64,000 nucleotides of DNA from an uncultured bacterium (GCA_963784355.1 CAWAQU010000009.1:1-64000), one strand, 5' to 3'. Positions 1-11,711 are shown, numbered from the stretch's first letter. The notes: a model not told the origin generated them from the sequence alone. Numbers and translations are program-made.

Positions 1-36
1 TTATTAATTGAAATATGAATATCACTCATAGCTTTT

Positions 37-1906
<1,870 letters not shown>

Positions 1907-2106
1907 ATATATACTACAGATGCTTTTTTTCACTTTAGTCAAATCCAAAATTTCGGTTGCTTGACAAAATCAGCTTTTGATATTAAGAACAGTTTTCTAC
2001 ACAGATTTTAGGCAGATTTGTAGTTTACTCTAAAAACATACTTTTATAGAATTTGTCTGTACGATAATTATAACAACATAGTAAAGGTAAAATATACACT
2101 TGGAAC

Positions 2107-2129
2107 AAAAAAAGCAGTGGTTAAACTGC
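2107..2129 (-). terminator. Intrinsic terminator after ssb
   Basis: minus strand GCAGT-ttaacc-ACTGC followed by T7. Confidence 0.6.
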
Positions 2130-2184
2130 CTTAAATTCTGATTTATCAAGCTTTTTGATGCTATAGATTCAGTCAACTGAAGGA

Positions 2185-2658
2185 TTAAAATGGCATTTGT
2201 ACGTTTATGCTGTCCACGTCAATTTCCGGAATATTATCATCTTCGTCATCGGCTGGTTTAGCTTTTTTTGCGCTACCTCCTGCACTTCCACTAGCTGAGC
2301 CTGCTCCGTCTTGACTTTGCTGTGCTTGCATCTTTTCTACATCACTTTTAGAAGACAAGATTTCTAATTCTCTTACAACTACATCAGTTGCATAGCCTTT
2401 TGTACCATCAGGTTTGTCCCAGCTTCGGTTCTGCAATCTTCCTACTACAGCTACTTTAGTACCTTTTTTGACATATTGCTCCAGAATATCAGCTAGTTTC
2501 TCCCAGGCTGACATATTGAAGTACTGCACAAGTTCCTGCCCGTTTGAATCTTTACCCTCATTAACAGCGATGCTAAAACTAGCAACTTTTTTTCCACTAG
2601 AAGTTGATCTGATTTCAGGATCTTTAGTTAAATTTCCGATTAAAATTACTTTATTCAT
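2185..2658 (-). CDS. ssb: Single-stranded DNA-binding protein
   Basis: MNKVILIGNLTKDPE, OB fold, acidic tail ending in MPF. Confidence 0.97.
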   Translation of the reverse strand: MNKVILIGNLTKDPEIRSTSSGKKVASFSIAVNEGKDSNGQELVQYFNMSAWEKLADILEQYVKKGTKVAVVGRLQNRSWDKPDGTKGYATDVVVRELEILSSKSDVEKMQAQQSQDGAGSASGSAGGSAKKAKPADDEDDNIPEIDVDSINVQMPF

Positions 2659-2671
2659 ACTTTATATTAAA

Positions 2672-2938
2672 TTAAATGTTTGTGTCTATGTCCTTAGACT
2701 GTGAGTTTAAATTATTATTTTGTCTAGAAAAGTATACGAAAATTAAATATAAAACGTAGCCTATAAATTCATATACCAACCAAAATATACCTAACATTGC
2801 TAAAAGTCCTGACCAATTTAAAGTTACTTCTTGATCCGGTCTTGCATAAATGTAGATTAAAAAGAAAACCATGCTGATAACCGCAGCCAAAAGCCTTGAA
2901 ATTACCTCTTCTATTCCTGCAAAAAAATTTTTATTCAT
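2672..2938 (-). CDS. Small membrane protein (2 TM), unknown function
   Basis: two hydrophobic helices; co-oriented with and 13 bp upstream of ssb. Confidence 0.7.
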   Translation of the reverse strand: MNKNFFAGIEEVISRLLAAVISMVFFLIYIYARPDQEVTLNWSGLLAMLGIFWLVYEFIGYVLYLIFVYFSRQNNNLNSQSKDIDTNI

Positions 2939-3030
2939 AATATTGTTGTTTATTGTTTGCTATTGCTTACCAACCAAGACATAAGATATGGATGGTTTCT
3001 TGTCAATTAAATCTTTTGATTAAAATGTTT

Positions 3031-3435
3031 TTAAGCCAGCCCTCTAGCCTCTTCTCTATCCAGGTCTCGTTTTTTAATATCATCTCTTTTGTCAAAATTT
3101 TTCTTTCCTTTAACTAGAGCAACCTCCGCTTTTATCCATCTACCTACAGTTTTGATATTTAATACAGTACAACTGACACCTTTTTCTTTTAAAGCCCCAT
3201 GAATCTCATTTACTTCGCGTTGTTGCAAAAGTAGTGGCACATTTTCCCTGGTTTTATCGTTACCAAAGCCAATTATTTGCAATTTTCCTTTCTGATAAAT
3301 AATATAACTTCCGGTGATTTGCACCCTTTTTTGCCTCAACTCTTTTACCATCCTTCCGGACAACGAAAGCCCAGCCTGAAAAGATTCCAGGATATGATAA
3401 TCAAAAAAAGCTTTTTTGTTGTTCGCTAAAACCAC
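3031..3435 (-). CDS. smpB: SsrA-binding protein (shortened)
   Basis: NKKAFFDYHILESFQAGLSLSG, KGKKNFDKRDDIKKRD. Confidence 0.95.
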   Translation of the reverse strand: MVLANNKKAFFDYHILESFQAGLSLSGRMVKELRQKRVQITGSYIIYQKGKLQIIGFGNDKTRENVPLLLQQREVNEIHGALKEKGVSCTVLNIKTVGRWIKAEVALVKGKKNFDKRDDIKKRDLDREEARGLA

Positions 3436-3537
3436 ACTTTAATCTTACATATAAATTATTTTGCGTCAATTTTTATATGCACTTTCCGTTCTGGTCTCTT
3501 TACAAATTGCAGATTTTAATTTAAATACTAGATATTA

Positions 3538-3624
3538 GCGTGAGTGGTGGAACGGTAGACACACTGGCTTCAGGTGCCAGCGGGACCTAGTCCTGTAAGG
3601 GTTCAAATCCCTTCTTGCGCACCA
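3538..3624 (+). tRNA. tRNA-Leu(CAG)
   Basis: anticodon arm ctggc-tt CAG gt-gccag, long variable arm, GGTTCAAATCC, CCA end. Confidence 0.95.
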
Positions 3625-3681
3625 AATTTAGTCTTCAGTTGACATTTTATATATTTTTGGTAAAAATTAAACTATACATAT

Positions 3682-3755
3682 TCGGGGATCGTCTAGTGGT
3701 AGGACGACGGGTTTTGGTCCCGTTAACCGGAGTTCGAATCTCTGTCCCCGAACCA
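3682..3755 (+). tRNA. tRNA-Gln(TTG), integration target
   Basis: acceptor tcgggga/tccccga, anticodon arm acggg-tt TTG gt-cccgt, GTTCGAATC, CCA end. Confidence 0.95.
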
Positions 3756-5195
3756 ATGTTGCTTATCAGCATTTTTATACAAAAACAAAAACGGTTTTTT
3801 CAGATTAAATTCAGCTTTTTGGCCTGTTTGAAGTGAGTTCGAAATAAGATATTTCAGAATTTGATTTTTTTCATGTGAATTCGAACTTTTAAATACTTCA
3901 GGTAAACGATTTATTAGATTAAATAGGCTAGAAACGGTTAAATGAAGGTCAGTTGATTCTCTGGTTTCATGGCTCAGTTCAAGATTTAATTCATATATTT
4001 TTGATTCATACTCCTGTTGCTTTTTAGTATAATCATCTTTGGTAATACTACCATCTACAAATAAGTCTGTAAGTCTGGACCGTCTATCCTCAAACTTCTC
4101 TATTTCATTATTTAATTTAATCCGTTGTTGTTTCTGATACAGGCTTTCATTATTGAAATCATTTTTCAGTTTTTCAACTATAAATTCTACGGCTTCACTT
4201 GGAAAAACAAGATTCGTTAAAATATTTTCAGCCTGCTTTAGCAGTACTTCTTCCTTTATTACCTGCTGGTAATATATACAATCTTTATTTATACATCTAT
4301 GGTAATTATAAGTTTGTTTTGCAGTATAGGGATTTATGGTTCTATTGCATTTAGAGCAAGTCAAAAGATTTCTGAAAGGATAAGGTTTAAAACCTCTTTT
4401 TTGTTTTTTGCCTGAGTTCTGGTTTTGATTTAAAATAGCCTGACATTTATCAAAAATAATTTTGGTGGTAAGCGGCTTATAGATATGCCGGTAATTTCCG
4501 TATTTACTTTTAGCTAAGCCATAGTAAAAGGAGTTGTTTAAAGTCTTATTTAAAGTCTGTCTGGTTAGTTTCTTACCCTTGTTTGTTTTAAAGCCCTTCT
4601 TATTCAAATAATCACATAATTCAGCTTGATTGTAGTTTCCTGTCCTAAACAAGTTAAAAGCCTCGGAAATTAGCTCTGATGAGTCTGTTGTATCTACTTG
4701 TCCATTTTGTCTGAAATAGCCTTCAGGAAATTTATATACAATACCTTGTGCACGACTTTCTTTCATTCCTTTTCTGACATGCTTTTTTAGACTATTAACG
4801 TATATTTTAGCGCCTAAAATATACATGTCCCACTGCAAAGAAACTTCTAAAAAGTTATCTTCCCTGACAACCAAAGATTCTTTAATAAAATGAACTTCTA
4901 AATTTTTATTCATTATCATTTTTTCCAGAATTGTACTTTCTTTAAAACCTCTTTGAAGCCTATCAACACAATGGACCACTAAAGCTATAGTTTCTTTTTG
5001 TTTGTGAATAAACTCCAAACACTTATTCAACTCATCTCTTTCATCTATAGTTGCTGACTCCTGAAATTCAAATAATTTAAGTAGTTCGAGCCTGTTTTCT
5101 TTAACATACTTACCACATTCCCGCTTTTGAGCGTCCAAAGATTTGCCCTTGATTTGGTCCTCGCTTGATACCCTGGATAAAATTATTGATTTCAT
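3723..5195 (-). CDS. Large serine recombinase/integrase (integrated-form C-terminus read from tRNA antisense)
   Basis: LSRVSSEDQ catalytic Ser, DRLQR, recombinase domain, CSKC..HRC..C zinc ribbon, coiled coil; ends WFGDRDSNSG inside tRNA-Gln. Confidence 0.95.
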   Translation of the reverse strand: MKSIILSRVSSEDQIKGKSLDAQKRECGKYVKENRLELLKLFEFQESATIDERDELNKCLEFIHKQKETIALVVHCVDRLQRGFKESTILEKMIMNKNLEVHFIKESLVVREDNFLEVSLQWDMYILGAKIYVNSLKKHVRKGMKESRAQGIVYKFPEGYFRQNGQVDTTDSSELISEAFNLFRTGNYNQAELCDYLNKKGFKTNKGKKLTRQTLNKTLNNSFYYGLAKSKYGNYRHIYKPLTTKIIFDKCQAILNQNQNSGKKQKRGFKPYPFRNLLTCSKCNRTINPYTAKQTYNYHRCINKDCIYYQQVIKEEVLLKQAENILTNLVFPSEAVEFIVEKLKNDFNNESLYQKQQRIKLNNEIEKFEDRRSRLTDLFVDGSITKDDYTKKQQEYESKIYELNLELSHETRESTDLHLTVSSLFNLINRLPEVFKSSNSHEKNQILKYLISNSLQTGQKAEFNLKKPFLFLYKNADKQHWFGDRDSNSG

Positions 5196-5590
5196 ATTTG
5201 GTCTACTAAATGCTTAATTTCTTTATCAAAGTCCTTTTTTAATTCACATTCCCATAAAGTTATTACTTTCCAGGTACTGCTTTTAAGCCACTCTTTTGTT
5301 TGTGCATCCCTTTTAATATTGGACATAATTTTATTTTCCCAAAAATCAATTTTAGTACTTGGCAACTTTGATTTCTCACAACCATGCCCGTGCCAGAAAC
5401 ATCCGTTTATAAAAACTGCTATTTTCTTTTTAAGAAAAACTATATCTGGACTTCCCTTTATTTTATAATGGATTCTATATCTAAAACCTTCTGCATATAG
5501 TCGCTTTCTTACCGCCAACTCTAAAGAAGTGTTTTTACTTTTCACTTTTGACATGTTTTTGCTTCTTTGAGCCGGGGTAATTCTATCCAT
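5192..5590 (-). CDS. vsr: Very short patch repair endonuclease
   Basis: RSKNMSKVKSKNT..E, GSPDIVF, FINGCFWHGH, WECE. Confidence 0.96.
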   Translation of the reverse strand: MDRITPAQRSKNMSKVKSKNTSLELAVRKRLYAEGFRYRIHYKIKGSPDIVFLKKKIAVFINGCFWHGHGCEKSKLPSTKIDFWENKIMSNIKRDAQTKEWLKSSTWKVITLWECELKKDFDKEIKHLVDQI

Positions 5591-6675
5591 TACTTAAATC
5601 TTATTTGGAGTGATAAATCAAAATAAATTTTATTGTTTGTAAATCTAAATGAGCCGTATTTATGCCTTGAAGATGACGGACTTTCAAAGTATACCGATTT
5701 TAAAAGATAGTCTTTAAACTGATCTTGATTATAAACATGATAACAGACTATCTCACCATCTTCTTTAACTATTAAATATCCGCCATAAACCTCATCATAG
5801 CCTGTCCAAACTTTGCCTGGACTCATTCCAAGAGCTGAAGCCCAAAGTAGGTTCTTTATTTTAAACTCATAGTCTTCCTTTTCAAGATCTAGATCTGAAA
5901 GTAGCTTACAAAATTTAGGGTCTATGGTAATGTCTGAAATAGTGCGTTTATTTGAAATATAAGAGTATTTTAGAAGTTCAGCCGTTATTTTATCCATAGC
6001 AGTGTCAATACGTCTCAAATTCTTCCTGAAAGTATCGGATTCTACTTTTTCAAATTCCAGACTTCCGCCTTTATCATATAGTGATTTTACTCTATCAAGG
6101 ACCTTAGCTTTTGTTTGTATCTGATTAATTTCTTCAGCTGTACTTTCACTAATTCCTTTAACTTCATAAACTATCCTGGTATGGTCAGAGGCGTTTAATA
6201 AGGTTGCATTACCCCCTAATTGTGATTTAATACTAAATCCCACAGTTTGATTTGTGTTTACTGTTATATCGTGAATAACAAGGGTAATATCGGATTTGTT
6301 TTGTGAAGCAGATTTTACAGTAGTGCAGTTTAGATTTTTAAATGCATCTTCAATATTATCTATTGATATAGTTCCGTTTTCGGACTCTTTTATACTTTTC
6401 AGCACATTTAATGCAGTATTTTTTAACTTGCTCCTAGAAATGTAATCTTTAAAAGTATTAGTAGAATTTTTAATAATTACTTCTGTTTCTTCAATTGTAT
6501 AAATAGTATCAGGTTTTTGTGCTTCAGACCTTAAAATTTGAAAAATTGGATAAACTATATCCTCTAAAGCTTTAAGGTTTTCGTCTGCACCATGTACCTT
6601 ACCATCTGCAAGTAATTTTACTAATGTATAAAACTCGCTCCATTCGCCTCTGTTTGCTGAAATTATTTTATTCAT
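5590..6675 (-). CDS. HpaII-family type II restriction endonuclease
   Basis: NRGEWSEFY..KLL, KSDITL, GFSIKSQLG..TLLNAS, LGMSPGKVW.G, FESPSSSRH, LSLQIRF. Confidence 0.88.
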   Translation of the reverse strand: MNKIISANRGEWSEFYTLVKLLADGKVHGADENLKALEDIVYPIFQILRSEAQKPDTIYTIEETEVIIKNSTNTFKDYISRSKLKNTALNVLKSIKESENGTISIDNIEDAFKNLNCTTVKSASQNKSDITLVIHDITVNTNQTVGFSIKSQLGGNATLLNASDHTRIVYEVKGISESTAEEINQIQTKAKVLDRVKSLYDKGGSLEFEKVESDTFRKNLRRIDTAMDKITAELLKYSYISNKRTISDITIDPKFCKLLSDLDLEKEDYEFKIKNLLWASALGMSPGKVWTGYDEVYGGYLIVKEDGEIVCYHVYNQDQFKDYLLKSVYFESPSSSRHKYGSFRFTNNKIYFDLSLQIRFK

Positions 6676-6677
6676 AA

Positions 6678-7742
6678 TTAAATTAAATCCAAACTGCTTA
6701 AAATTTGTTTTGCAGTGGCTTGAATTGCAGGAACTGCTACACTGTTTCCCAATTGCTTCATTGCTTGTGTTTCTGAAACTGGCATTATAAATCCTTTAGG
6801 AAAGCCTTGCATTTCCAAACCTTGTTTAGGATTAAGCCTTACTTCCACGCCATCAACAATATAACAATCCCAATTTCTTCTGTCATTTACCCCAGAACCT
6901 CGCCCCCCAACTCTTAGTGTGTAACCAACATTTTTCTTACATTCTCCCCCTAAAATATCTGACATAGTTTTTTTTAATGGTGTAGGATCTGGCCATTTAA
7001 AAGGTTTTAGTTCATTTTTAAATCCAACCATAAATAATCTTGGCCTGTGCTGGGGTACACCATAATTATCAGCTTTTATAACTTTATAATAAAATGAGTA
7101 ACCTAAATCTTCAGTTACAACTTTTTTTATTACCTCAAATGTTTTGCCATTATCATGGTTAAACAAACCCCTAACATTTTCAAGAAAAATTGCTTTTGGC
7201 TGCTTTTCCTTAATTATTTTTGCTATATCAAAGAAGAGCGTACCTCTAGTATCTCCAAAACCCTTTTTAAATCCTGCATTGCTGAAAGGTTGACACGGAA
7301 AACCTGCACAAAGAATATCGAAATCAGGAATTAGCTTAGGATCTTGTTTTGTAATATCCTGGTTAAAATTGCCAGACTCAAACAGTTCTTTTTCGTCTTC
7401 ATAAAAATTTGCCATGTATGTAAGTCTTGCAGACTCATTAATTTCACTTGCAAATACGCACTGTCCTCCTAGGTTTTTAAAAGCAATGTGGAAACCTCCT
7501 ATTCCAGCAAACAAGTCAATAAACTTAAATTTTGTTTCTCTTATCTCTTTTACAGGGTTATAAAACAGACTTTGCTCTTTTAGTGTATAAATGAAATTTT
7601 GAAGATTGCTTGTATCGATACGGTATTCTCTACCTATTTTATAAGCCTGTATTTTTTTCGACTTAATATATCTTCTTATGGTTAAATCACTTAAATTAAG
7701 CTGTTTTGCAACTTCACCAACTGTATAATAATTTATGTTCAT
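6678..7742 (-). CDS. DNA cytosine-5 methyltransferase with N-terminal excisionase-like HTH
   Basis: YTVGEVAKQL..TIRRYIK..AYKIGREYRI HTH, then DLFAGIGG, GFPCQPFS, ENV, QHRPR, QLGNSVAV. Confidence 0.95.
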   Translation of the reverse strand: MNINYYTVGEVAKQLNLSDLTIRRYIKSKKIQAYKIGREYRIDTSNLQNFIYTLKEQSLFYNPVKEIRETKFKFIDLFAGIGGFHIAFKNLGGQCVFASEINESARLTYMANFYEDEKELFESGNFNQDITKQDPKLIPDFDILCAGFPCQPFSNAGFKKGFGDTRGTLFFDIAKIIKEKQPKAIFLENVRGLFNHDNGKTFEVIKKVVTEDLGYSFYYKVIKADNYGVPQHRPRLFMVGFKNELKPFKWPDPTPLKKTMSDILGGECKKNVGYTLRVGGRGSGVNDRRNWDCYIVDGVEVRLNPKQGLEMQGFPKGFIMPVSETQAMKQLGNSVAVPAIQATAKQILSSLDLI

Positions 7743-7750
7743 AAAAATAA

Positions 7751-7781
7751 TTATATATCAATATATATCAACATCTATCAA
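7751..7781. promoter_or_regulatory. Three 10-bp-period direct repeats over the MTase promoter
   Basis: ttatatatca/atatatatca/acatctatca; minus-strand TATAAT 7 nt before the ATG. Confidence 0.55.
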
Positions 7782-8888
7782 TTATTTGTCAAATCTCAGC
7801 TCTTTGTCAATATCCTCAAACCAACCAAAACAATCTTGTATATCTGTAGCTTGATTGATTTTTTCAAGTTCTTTGACAAATCTGGACCAGTTTTTACCAT
7901 TCAGCTTTTTTTCATAAATTTTTCTAAGCTCTGACAGCCCTTTCTCTTTTGCTAGAGTATTTACACCAATTAGTCTAAAAAGTTCGTTAGCTTTGATTTT
8001 TGAGTAGCTTGTTAGCAGCCTATCAATAAGTAAATCAGATTTGTTAATTTTATTAAATAAAAATCTATTTTTATCTACAATCAAATTTTGCCAGTAGTGG
8101 TTTATGAGTTTTTTCCAAAGTAATTCACTAAATAAATCTTCAAAATATAAAATATCTATTTGGAATCCTAGCTTGCCTAATACTTGCCTCATCTTTGCCT
8201 TATTTCTTAACCTTATTTCAAATCTGATTATTTCTTGTTTTTGATTGTCATTGTATTCTTGAAACAAATCTTTTTGTAGGTCATTTCGGTCATTGTCTAC
8301 AGCTCTTTTGTTTGGTTTGTTTAGGTCCGCCAGTTTGTCATAAATTACAAAACTATGGGCTTTTGAATAAAACTGTAGAGTTGTACCCGTACCTTCTCTA
8401 TATTCTTTATTATCAAGATCTAATCTTCTATCTAAGGTACACTTATTCAATTCTTGGATAATTTGAAAACTGAAGTAGCCTTTGCTTAGAAATATGTTTT
8501 TGGCTGTATCAAATCCTGAAACTTCAAATTTGGCTGGATTTTCTTTTAACTCAACACCCATTTCTAAAAGCCTTTGATAAACAAACTTGTAAACAAACTT
8601 ATCATCAAAAATACTTAGCTCATTTAGATTGTTTCCATAAATCAACTTGGGAACTGAAAACTCTATTTTCAAATCTCTTTTTGGACCAAAATCCACTCCT
8701 TTACTTCTTGGTGTAATAGTTAGTCTAGGATAATATTTATCTACGGTTTTAAAATTATTTACAAAACTTTTTCCTACAAAACCATGTCTGTAAAGATTTT
8801 CAGCATTTGGACTAAATAAGTCTGGTTTGTTTATCCTATATTCTGCCTCTTTTACCGTTAATATCACTGTATCTAACATATCCATCAC
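7782..8888 (-). CDS. Phage/plasmid-type replication initiation protein
   Basis: MLDTVIL, LKIEFSVPKLIYGNN, D..KN, FVIYDKL, IIRFEIRL motifs resembling gene II/X-like rolling-circle Reps. Confidence 0.75.
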   Translation of the reverse strand: MMDMLDTVILTVKEAEYRINKPDLFSPNAENLYRHGFVGKSFVNNFKTVDKYYPRLTITPRSKGVDFGPKRDLKIEFSVPKLIYGNNLNELSIFDDKFVYKFVYQRLLEMGVELKENPAKFEVSGFDTAKNIFLSKGYFSFQIIQELNKCTLDRRLDLDNKEYREGTGTTLQFYSKAHSFVIYDKLADLNKPNKRAVDNDRNDLQKDLFQEYNDNQKQEIIRFEIRLRNKAKMRQVLGKLGFQIDILYFEDLFSELLWKKLINHYWQNLIVDKNRFLFNKINKSDLLIDRLLTSYSKIKANELFRLIGVNTLAKEKGLSELRKIYEKKLNGKNWSRFVKELEKINQATDIQDCFGWFEDIDKELRFDK

Positions 8889-9162
8889 ATTTTTTATAAA
8901 CTTTATTAAGCTCTTTAGTCACCACATTTTCAATATAGCTACCTACCTCCTTATTTATAGGGTAAAGTATGCTAGTTTCTTTACTTCCAACTATCTTACT
9001 TGGGTAAACTAGCCTGTATAGATTTTGGTTATTTAGCCTTGTATACACAGCTATAGAAGATACAAAAAGACTTTCGTTTAAAACAAAGCTGGCAAAGGCC
9101 ACTAAACCGTTTTTAGGTTTGACCGGTATTATTTGAATTTCGGATATACTTATTTGATTCAT
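8836..9162 (-). CDS. SpoVG-like nucleic-acid-binding protein
   Basis: ISEIQIIPVKPKNGLVAFASFVL..SIAV..LVYP..YPINKE. Confidence 0.8.
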   Translation of the reverse strand: MNQISISEIQIIPVKPKNGLVAFASFVLNESLFVSSIAVYTRLNNQNLYRLVYPSKIVGSKETSILYPINKEVGSYIENVVTKELNKVYKKCDGYVRYSDINGKRGRI

Positions 9163-9187
9163 AACTTTTTGAATTGGCTTGATTAAG

Positions 9188-9346
9188 TTATAGTTTATAA
9201 TTTTCAGGGTTATTTCTCATGTCTATTTCAATCAGCAACTTAAATAAACCTAACAAAGAGTCTTGATCCTCTTTTTCCCATAACTTAGGATCAGAGGCTT
9301 GTAGCTCTAATTTTGACTTGATTAAATTTGCTTGACTTTCAGACAT
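9188..9346 (-). CDS. Small 52-aa hypothetical protein of the element (not in ORF track)
   Basis: MSESQANLIKSKLELQASDPKLWEKEDQDSLLGLFKLLIEIDMRNNPENYKL; first gene of the small ORF-SpoVG-Rep unit. Confidence 0.7.
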   Translation of the reverse strand: MSESQANLIKSKLELQASDPKLWEKEDQDSLLGLFKLLIEIDMRNNPENYKL

Positions 9347-9394
9347 TAAAAAATCCCTAGAATTTATAACTAGGGATACTATAAAATAATTATG

Positions 9395-9434
9395 TGCTTA
9401 AACTTGCTTAAAAATGCTGAATTTTGCTGAAAGC
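9395..9434. promoter_or_regulatory. Four tandem TGCT(T/G)AA repeats at 10-bp period (candidate activator boxes)
   Basis: starts at 9395, 9405, 9415, 9425; adjacent inverted repeat ATCCCTAG..CTAGGGAT at 9353-9377. Confidence 0.6.
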
Positions 9435-9447
9435 TATCTATGAGGCT

Positions 9448-10386
9448 TTATTTTATGTATTTTTCATTTATATAAACGTGATCAGATTTTACTGTTAAAA
9501 AGTCTTTAATTTCAGGCGGTAAATTTCTTCTAAGATAGTAAAATGAGTCTTTACATTTTTTAATGGCATCTTTTTTATTCAGTTCTTCAGGATCATCCAT
9601 TTCTAGCAATTCCGAATAGTGCCAAACCTTTTTCATATTGCTCTTATTTTTGGTTATTATGCCTAAACTCCTATGGACAAAACCCCTTGCAAGTGTTCTT
9701 TGATAATTCCCTACAAATAAAGTAGCAATTTTTGAGTCATAACTAAAATAAGCAGTTTGGTCTGTTTGTAAAGTAGTAGTCATCTGTGTGCTTATGGAAA
9801 GCTTAATATCATTTTTATCCAGAATCACACCAGCATAGGTGTTAGTAAGCCTTTGGTAATCTTGTTCAGGTACAGCGACTAGTTTGTATTTCTTGCCTTC
9901 TTTTTCAAATGTTTGATAAACTTCTAGGCCGTTTTCAGTTACCCCTTCGTCTAATTCAACTACAAGTTGTCTATGTTCGTTATAATCTTTTCTAGCGTAT
10001 TGAAAATCAAATTTTAGGCCTAAAATATCAGCTTTAAAAGATACTAGTGTTTGTGTCCATTGCTTGGAGATTTGCTCTAAAACAGAGTAGGAGTTTATAG
10101 ATTGTGATATTAATTTTAAATAATCTGTTCTAAATTGTATCTGTGCTTGAATGAATGGGTTTATTATATCAGTCATTTTTGGTATTGCAGCCAAAAAGTC
10201 TGCATTAATTGCAGTAATAAAGTTTAAAGACTTATTTAAGTTACTTAAACTATTTAGATCAAACGAATTCAAAGCCTTTTTTGCTTGTAATGTGGCAATT
10301 TTAGCTGTTTGTTTTGCCAATATTGATTGTCCAATCAATGAAGTCTCTTGTGCATTAGTAGATGAAATACTATCGTTGTCAGACAT
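9448..10386 (-). CDS. Hypothetical protein with probable C-terminal winged-HTH
   Basis: 312-aa ORF; C-terminus WHYSELLE..KDSFYYLRRNL..FLTVKSDHVYIN has a helix-helix-hairpin pattern. Confidence 0.55.
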   Translation of the reverse strand: MSDNDSISSTNAQETSLIGQSILAKQTAKIATLQAKKALNSFDLNSLSNLNKSLNFITAINADFLAAIPKMTDIINPFIQAQIQFRTDYLKLISQSINSYSVLEQISKQWTQTLVSFKADILGLKFDFQYARKDYNEHRQLVVELDEGVTENGLEVYQTFEKEGKKYKLVAVPEQDYQRLTNTYAGVILDKNDIKLSISTQMTTTLQTDQTAYFSYDSKIATLFVGNYQRTLARGFVHRSLGIITKNKSNMKKVWHYSELLEMDDPEELNKKDAIKKCKDSFYYLRRNLPPEIKDFLTVKSDHVYINEKYIK

Positions 10387-10551
10387 GCTTTTAAAATCAC
10401 ATTTTAGATAATTACAATCTATAAATTTTTATTTTGCAAATTAAAGCAGTTGTAAAACATTTGTATGCAGTATTTTATATTATAATCTCAGTTTGCCATT
10501 ACTTATTTTATGATATAAACTAGTCAAATTTATAAATATAAACAAAAAAAT

Positions 10552-10950
10552 ATGTCTGATTTAGAATTGAAAAACTTTACTGATATAATATTTTTAGGTG
10601 ATATCACACCTTTAAATGAATCACTTGCTGATTTAGCAATACAAAAACTTCGAATATTTATTCCAGAAGTATTTGTAACAACTTTATTTCAGAGATTTAA
10701 TAGTGGAAATATAGGAAATTTTATTAGTGAATTAGAATCCAGCAAAACATCACTTAAAGATATTTTACTTATTAAATTATTTGTATCTGATAATTCAAAT
10801 TTACTCATTCCTAGAAATAACATCAACATAATTGATTTGATGCTGTTTAACGAAAAAATCAAACAACTTCAAACTGAGGCAAAATCCTTTTTAGCTGCTG
10901 AAAATCCTGTTGTGCAACAGCATGGGCAAATAATTGAGCTTCAGAAATAG
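10552..10950 (+). CDS. Hypothetical protein
   Basis: 132-aa ORF with ATG after a promoter-like TTGCCA..TGATAT; tail overlaps the opposite gene. Confidence 0.55.
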   Translation: MSDLELKNFTDIIFLGDITPLNESLADLAIQKLRIFIPEVFVTTLFQRFNSGNIGNFISELESSKTSLKDILLIKLFVSDNSNLLIPRNNINIIDLMLFNEKIKQLQTEAKSFLAAENPVVQQHGQIIELQK

Positions 10951-11563
10951 TAACACTGGAGGCAATACTAGAGGCAAAGCTTAATTTACTTTCTGACTCA
11001 AAATTAATATCATACGAACTATAATATATAGTTTTAGTTATAATGCTTTGATAAAAAATAAGCAAGCTGGTATACTTACCCTTCACTTTGGTTTGTAGTA
11101 TAGTATCGTTATCTATAGGTAATAAACTGTAATCTTTTACTTTATACCAGTTATTATTATCAAAAACATAAGCTTGTATTTTAATCGCATCTACTTCACC
11201 AACATTTTTTACAATTATCTGTCTTAATTCCTCTTTAATAAAAAATATATTTCCACTTTCTATATTTTCAGGTATTATAATTTTCGGACGACTAAATTCT
11301 AGAGATTTTTTACTTAGGTCTTTTGCTTGTTCAGAAATCTTATTTGCTTGCCAGGCCAGTCTAATCGTTAACAAAGACAGTGCAAATGTAGCAATTAGAT
11401 TAAAGGGATCAATTTGATAACCGGCAATTTTAGTTATGCTTATATACAATCTATGAAGCAGAGGTATAAAATTTATTTTTTCCAGTATAAGAAAAAGTAA
11501 AATTATTGAAACCGATATTCTCCACCAATATTTGGTTATCGAATATATTATGTTTTTGCTCAT
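10859..11563 (-). CDS. Hypothetical membrane protein
   Basis: two N-terminal hydrophobic segments, then ANKIS and a beta-rich domain (IIVKNVGEVDA). Confidence 0.7.
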   Translation of the reverse strand: MSKNIIYSITKYWWRISVSIILLFLILEKINFIPLLHRLYISITKIAGYQIDPFNLIATFALSLLTIRLAWQANKISEQAKDLSKKSLEFSRPKIIIPENIESGNIFFIKEELRQIIVKNVGEVDAIKIQAYVFDNNNWYKVKDYSLLPIDNDTILQTKVKGKYTSLLIFYQSIITKTIYYSSYDINFESESKLSFASSIASSVTISEAQLFAHAVAQQDFQQLKRILPQFEVV

Positions 11564-11711
11564 AGATTTAAATTATTACAGATTAAGGGTACTTTCCAAT
11601 TATGTAAAGCAATAAAAAATCTAGTAAAAATTCATATACTAAAATTACAAATAGTTGAAGATGTTATTTTTGAAAAAGCTTATTAATTTAAGCAAACTTA
11701 ACCATTAGATA

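Noticed and set aside
3615-3836. 73-aa plus-strand ORF
   Set aside because: Overlaps tRNA-Gln and the integrase end; a shadow ORF.
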